From positions 7,757 to 71,756 of the forward strand of contig NMRA01000025.1 of assembly GCA_002633005.1 (NCBI GenBank): 64,000 bases of DNA, written 5' to 3'. Origin of the DNA: Phoronis australis. Its lineage: Eukaryota; Animalia; Phoronida. Position 1 is the first letter of the stretch. Each line of letters starts with the position of its first letter. A program made the position numbers and the translations under genes. The notes beneath the pieces were generated by a model. That model had not been told where the DNA came from, searched no databases, and saw only the letters and a list, made by a program, of their open reading frames with translations. This document shows, in pieces, positions 61,501 through 64,000 of the stretch.

Positions 61501-64000
61501 CTTGGCTAATGCTTTGGTTTTGTATTGAATTACCTCGAATTAATTTTAACAAAATGCAAACCCTGACAACTGCATTGGGTTTGGTGGTGATCTAAATTGT
61601 AGATTTGAGGTTGGATTAATGCACGAATATCTTTATTTCTATTCTGTTTTGCACATCCTTTTAGTCTTTGACAATCTGAACACCCTTACCGTTTTCACGA
61701 CAATAACTTGTATTTTTTAGCATTCTACCTTGACAATGAATTGCTCTAGAACGGAGCCTGAATTTGCCTGTCTATATTTTTTGTCTAATATTGTGATGCT
61801 CTGCTAAGTAATTCCTTTTAAGTTTGAAGTCCATTTTTTGCATCTGGTCTTCAAAATAATTTCCTTTTGCTATGTCCTGCTTGCAAGACTCTAAAGACAG
61901 TTTTCCTAGTGGTGTTTAACCCCCCAGTCTTCTCAACCCCAACCTCCAGTTGGGCGCTCTAAGACTCAATAGCCCTGATTACTGTGTTGAAGTGCTTGGG
62001 CAGTCTTGTGGTCTGTGTCATCAAGGGTTGCCATGGTAACCTGCACAGACTTAGTCATGTAGCAACCCTCCTCACATCCTGTCAGATAGGAGTGATTGAC
62101 AACATTTGGTGAACTAGGGTTGATTTGAACCATGAAACTGGCCAAAGACAGGATGGACATGAGCATAAACTATGTATGGTTCTAATGTAACTACTGAAGT
62201 AATGTCAGATAAAGTCATCCATCATAACTGGCACAGTCTAAGCCATTGCTAAATGCACTAAGGGAAAATTTCTTTCTGACTTACTTCGAAATTCTCTTAA
62301 ATGTTTTTAAACTGGGCTTAAGGGCACCACAGGTTTACGAGATCAGCTAAATTTTCTTCACATTGTTACCTGTACAAAGTGAGGCAAAATTGTCACTCGC
62401 CTGTAATCTACATAGCAAGCAGAGTCAATGTAGAACACACGATGATAGCAATGTTTCAGTGAGAGATTTGCGCAAGGTGATAGAAATCTAAAGAGTGAGA
62501 CATTTGCCACACCGCCAGGCGAGGCAAAATCCTCACAGTTCATTTTGCTGTGGATATGGGCGTTTAGCCGAGCTTATTTGCATGTGAGGCACGTAACTCT
62601 CCAGTCTGCGGTGACTCTAGCAAGACAGAACACTCGAGAGCATTTGGTACTCGAAGGTTGTGGTGTACAAAACAAATTATTGGAATCAATATCTCACTTA
62701 AAAGTAGCATCACAAGTAAGCATTAACTGTACAGTGTCATGTTGCATTCATTTTCCTCTCAACTTTGACATCCTAGGTTATCATTGGCAGGAGTCTCATG
62801 AATGGTTGAGATTCAGTGCCTTGATTAATCATTGGTTGTTTATGCTGAGCTGAAGGTGTGTGATATGTAGGGATATTACTCCAGGTGTGTGATGAGTCAT
62901 CTGCTACGGTACTGCCGTGTGTCTTTCAGAAAACATTCCAGTTCTGAGATACATTCCTGCAGTACTGATGATTGAGGATTGGCATAGTGTCAACTCTCCA
63001 AATTCAACCTGGTAAAATTCCCAGGTCGCCAAAGGAAAAATGAGGTCACCAAAACTGAGAAAATCCTTGTGCACGGGTGCAGAATTCTTGGTCCGTACAA
63101 ATGAATCATGGTTATCTATAATTGAAAAATGAAAAAGGAGATATCTGAGTTGAAGAAGTGGTAAACTGAACAAATGTCTGCTGGAACACCTGAGACTGCC
63201 TGGGTGACTTTTATTTTTACTCTAACAGAAACAGTATATTGTGTGTTTGGCAATGACCTATCTCCCTCTTGAGCCAGATATACTGCGCAGGCCTGCCTCC
63301 TATTTAAAGGAAAGTGATAAGGACACGTTTTCTGGTCAAGAGTCATGAGTGGCCCTTCCAGTTTTTGCTGAACATATCCAACTCCCGTCTGTTTACTTCC
63401 TGCAGTATTTCGAGCACATGCGCGGATGTGTGGTGACTTGGGATTTTTGCCAGGTTGTCAGACAAAATCTGAGATCGCACTGGCGAACTCTGTACATGTA
63501 GCCTGTAGGATATACCATAACTGTTTGTCGAAGCAAATTCTCAGTGTTGATTGCTAGGAACTACCCAGATTAAAATAACAGCCTTGGTCATCCTTCCAGA
63601 CACCTAAATAGTTGTCTGAAGCTGCAACTAATTTGACTTGCACATGACTGCTCCTTGGAATAATCCTATTGTGGGCCCTATCACCTCCTGTCCCTTTATC
63701 CAATTACTGATCCATCCAATTATGTTGACCCTGTGGTGGTGGCTTGACCCTTGTTATGGCCACCAGTTGTGTGTTATGATAGGATTATTGCTCCATTCAT
63801 GTCAGCTCTGTTTACTGACCTGTTGGCTGTAATACTTTATACCCACACAGACAATAAATACTGAGCATAGACACAGTCAGTTTACCAAGTGGTCCCCATA
63901 AGCTCACAAGATCTGGGACAAGGGATACCCTTGCCCTGACTTTCTGAAAAGCCAACAAGAATAACTCATAGTTCCTCTTGTGGTTTTAGGTACGTAGTTT

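Noticed and set aside
62358-63500. Coding exons of the third gene or a TE ORF
   Set aside because: Several short ORFs on both strands, but no recognisable motif or consistent splice and phase chain.

Overview
This is an AT-rich, intron-containing animal genomic window; the repeat types suggest a marine invertebrate, but the species cannot be determined from sequence alone. Most of the short ORFs in the track are spurious. Manual splicing recovers two convergent multi-exon genes. The first is a drebrin-like/Abp1 (DBNL) gene on +, with 14 coding exons between 3608 and 27113 (ADF-H, charged helix, Pro-rich repeat, acidic-Trp motif, SH3); its first coding exon was not found and probably lies upstream of the window. 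The second is a complete 11-exon SLC49A3/MFSD7 MFS transporter on -, 54923->31651, about 497 aa. A probable third gene begins divergently at about 57.1 kb (ETS/GC/CCAAT promoter plus a non-coding first exon), with no recognisable coding exon before the window ends. Introns hold two decayed LINE RT fragments, a TTAA-flanked Kolobok-like element with a dead THAP domain, Helentron/HINE-like elements, tRNA-derived SINE-like repeats, several MITE families and minisatellites. There is no CRISPR array or prokaryotic-type system. The best leads are (a) a coding 24-nt EPVREPSP repeat in DBNL in which every unit carries an in-frame 5' splice donor, (b) a WASP/WAVE-like acidic-Trp (Arp2/3) motif in this Abp1, and (c) inverted repeats positioned to affect DBNL splicing. 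All three are hypotheses needing RNA-seq or homology checks.
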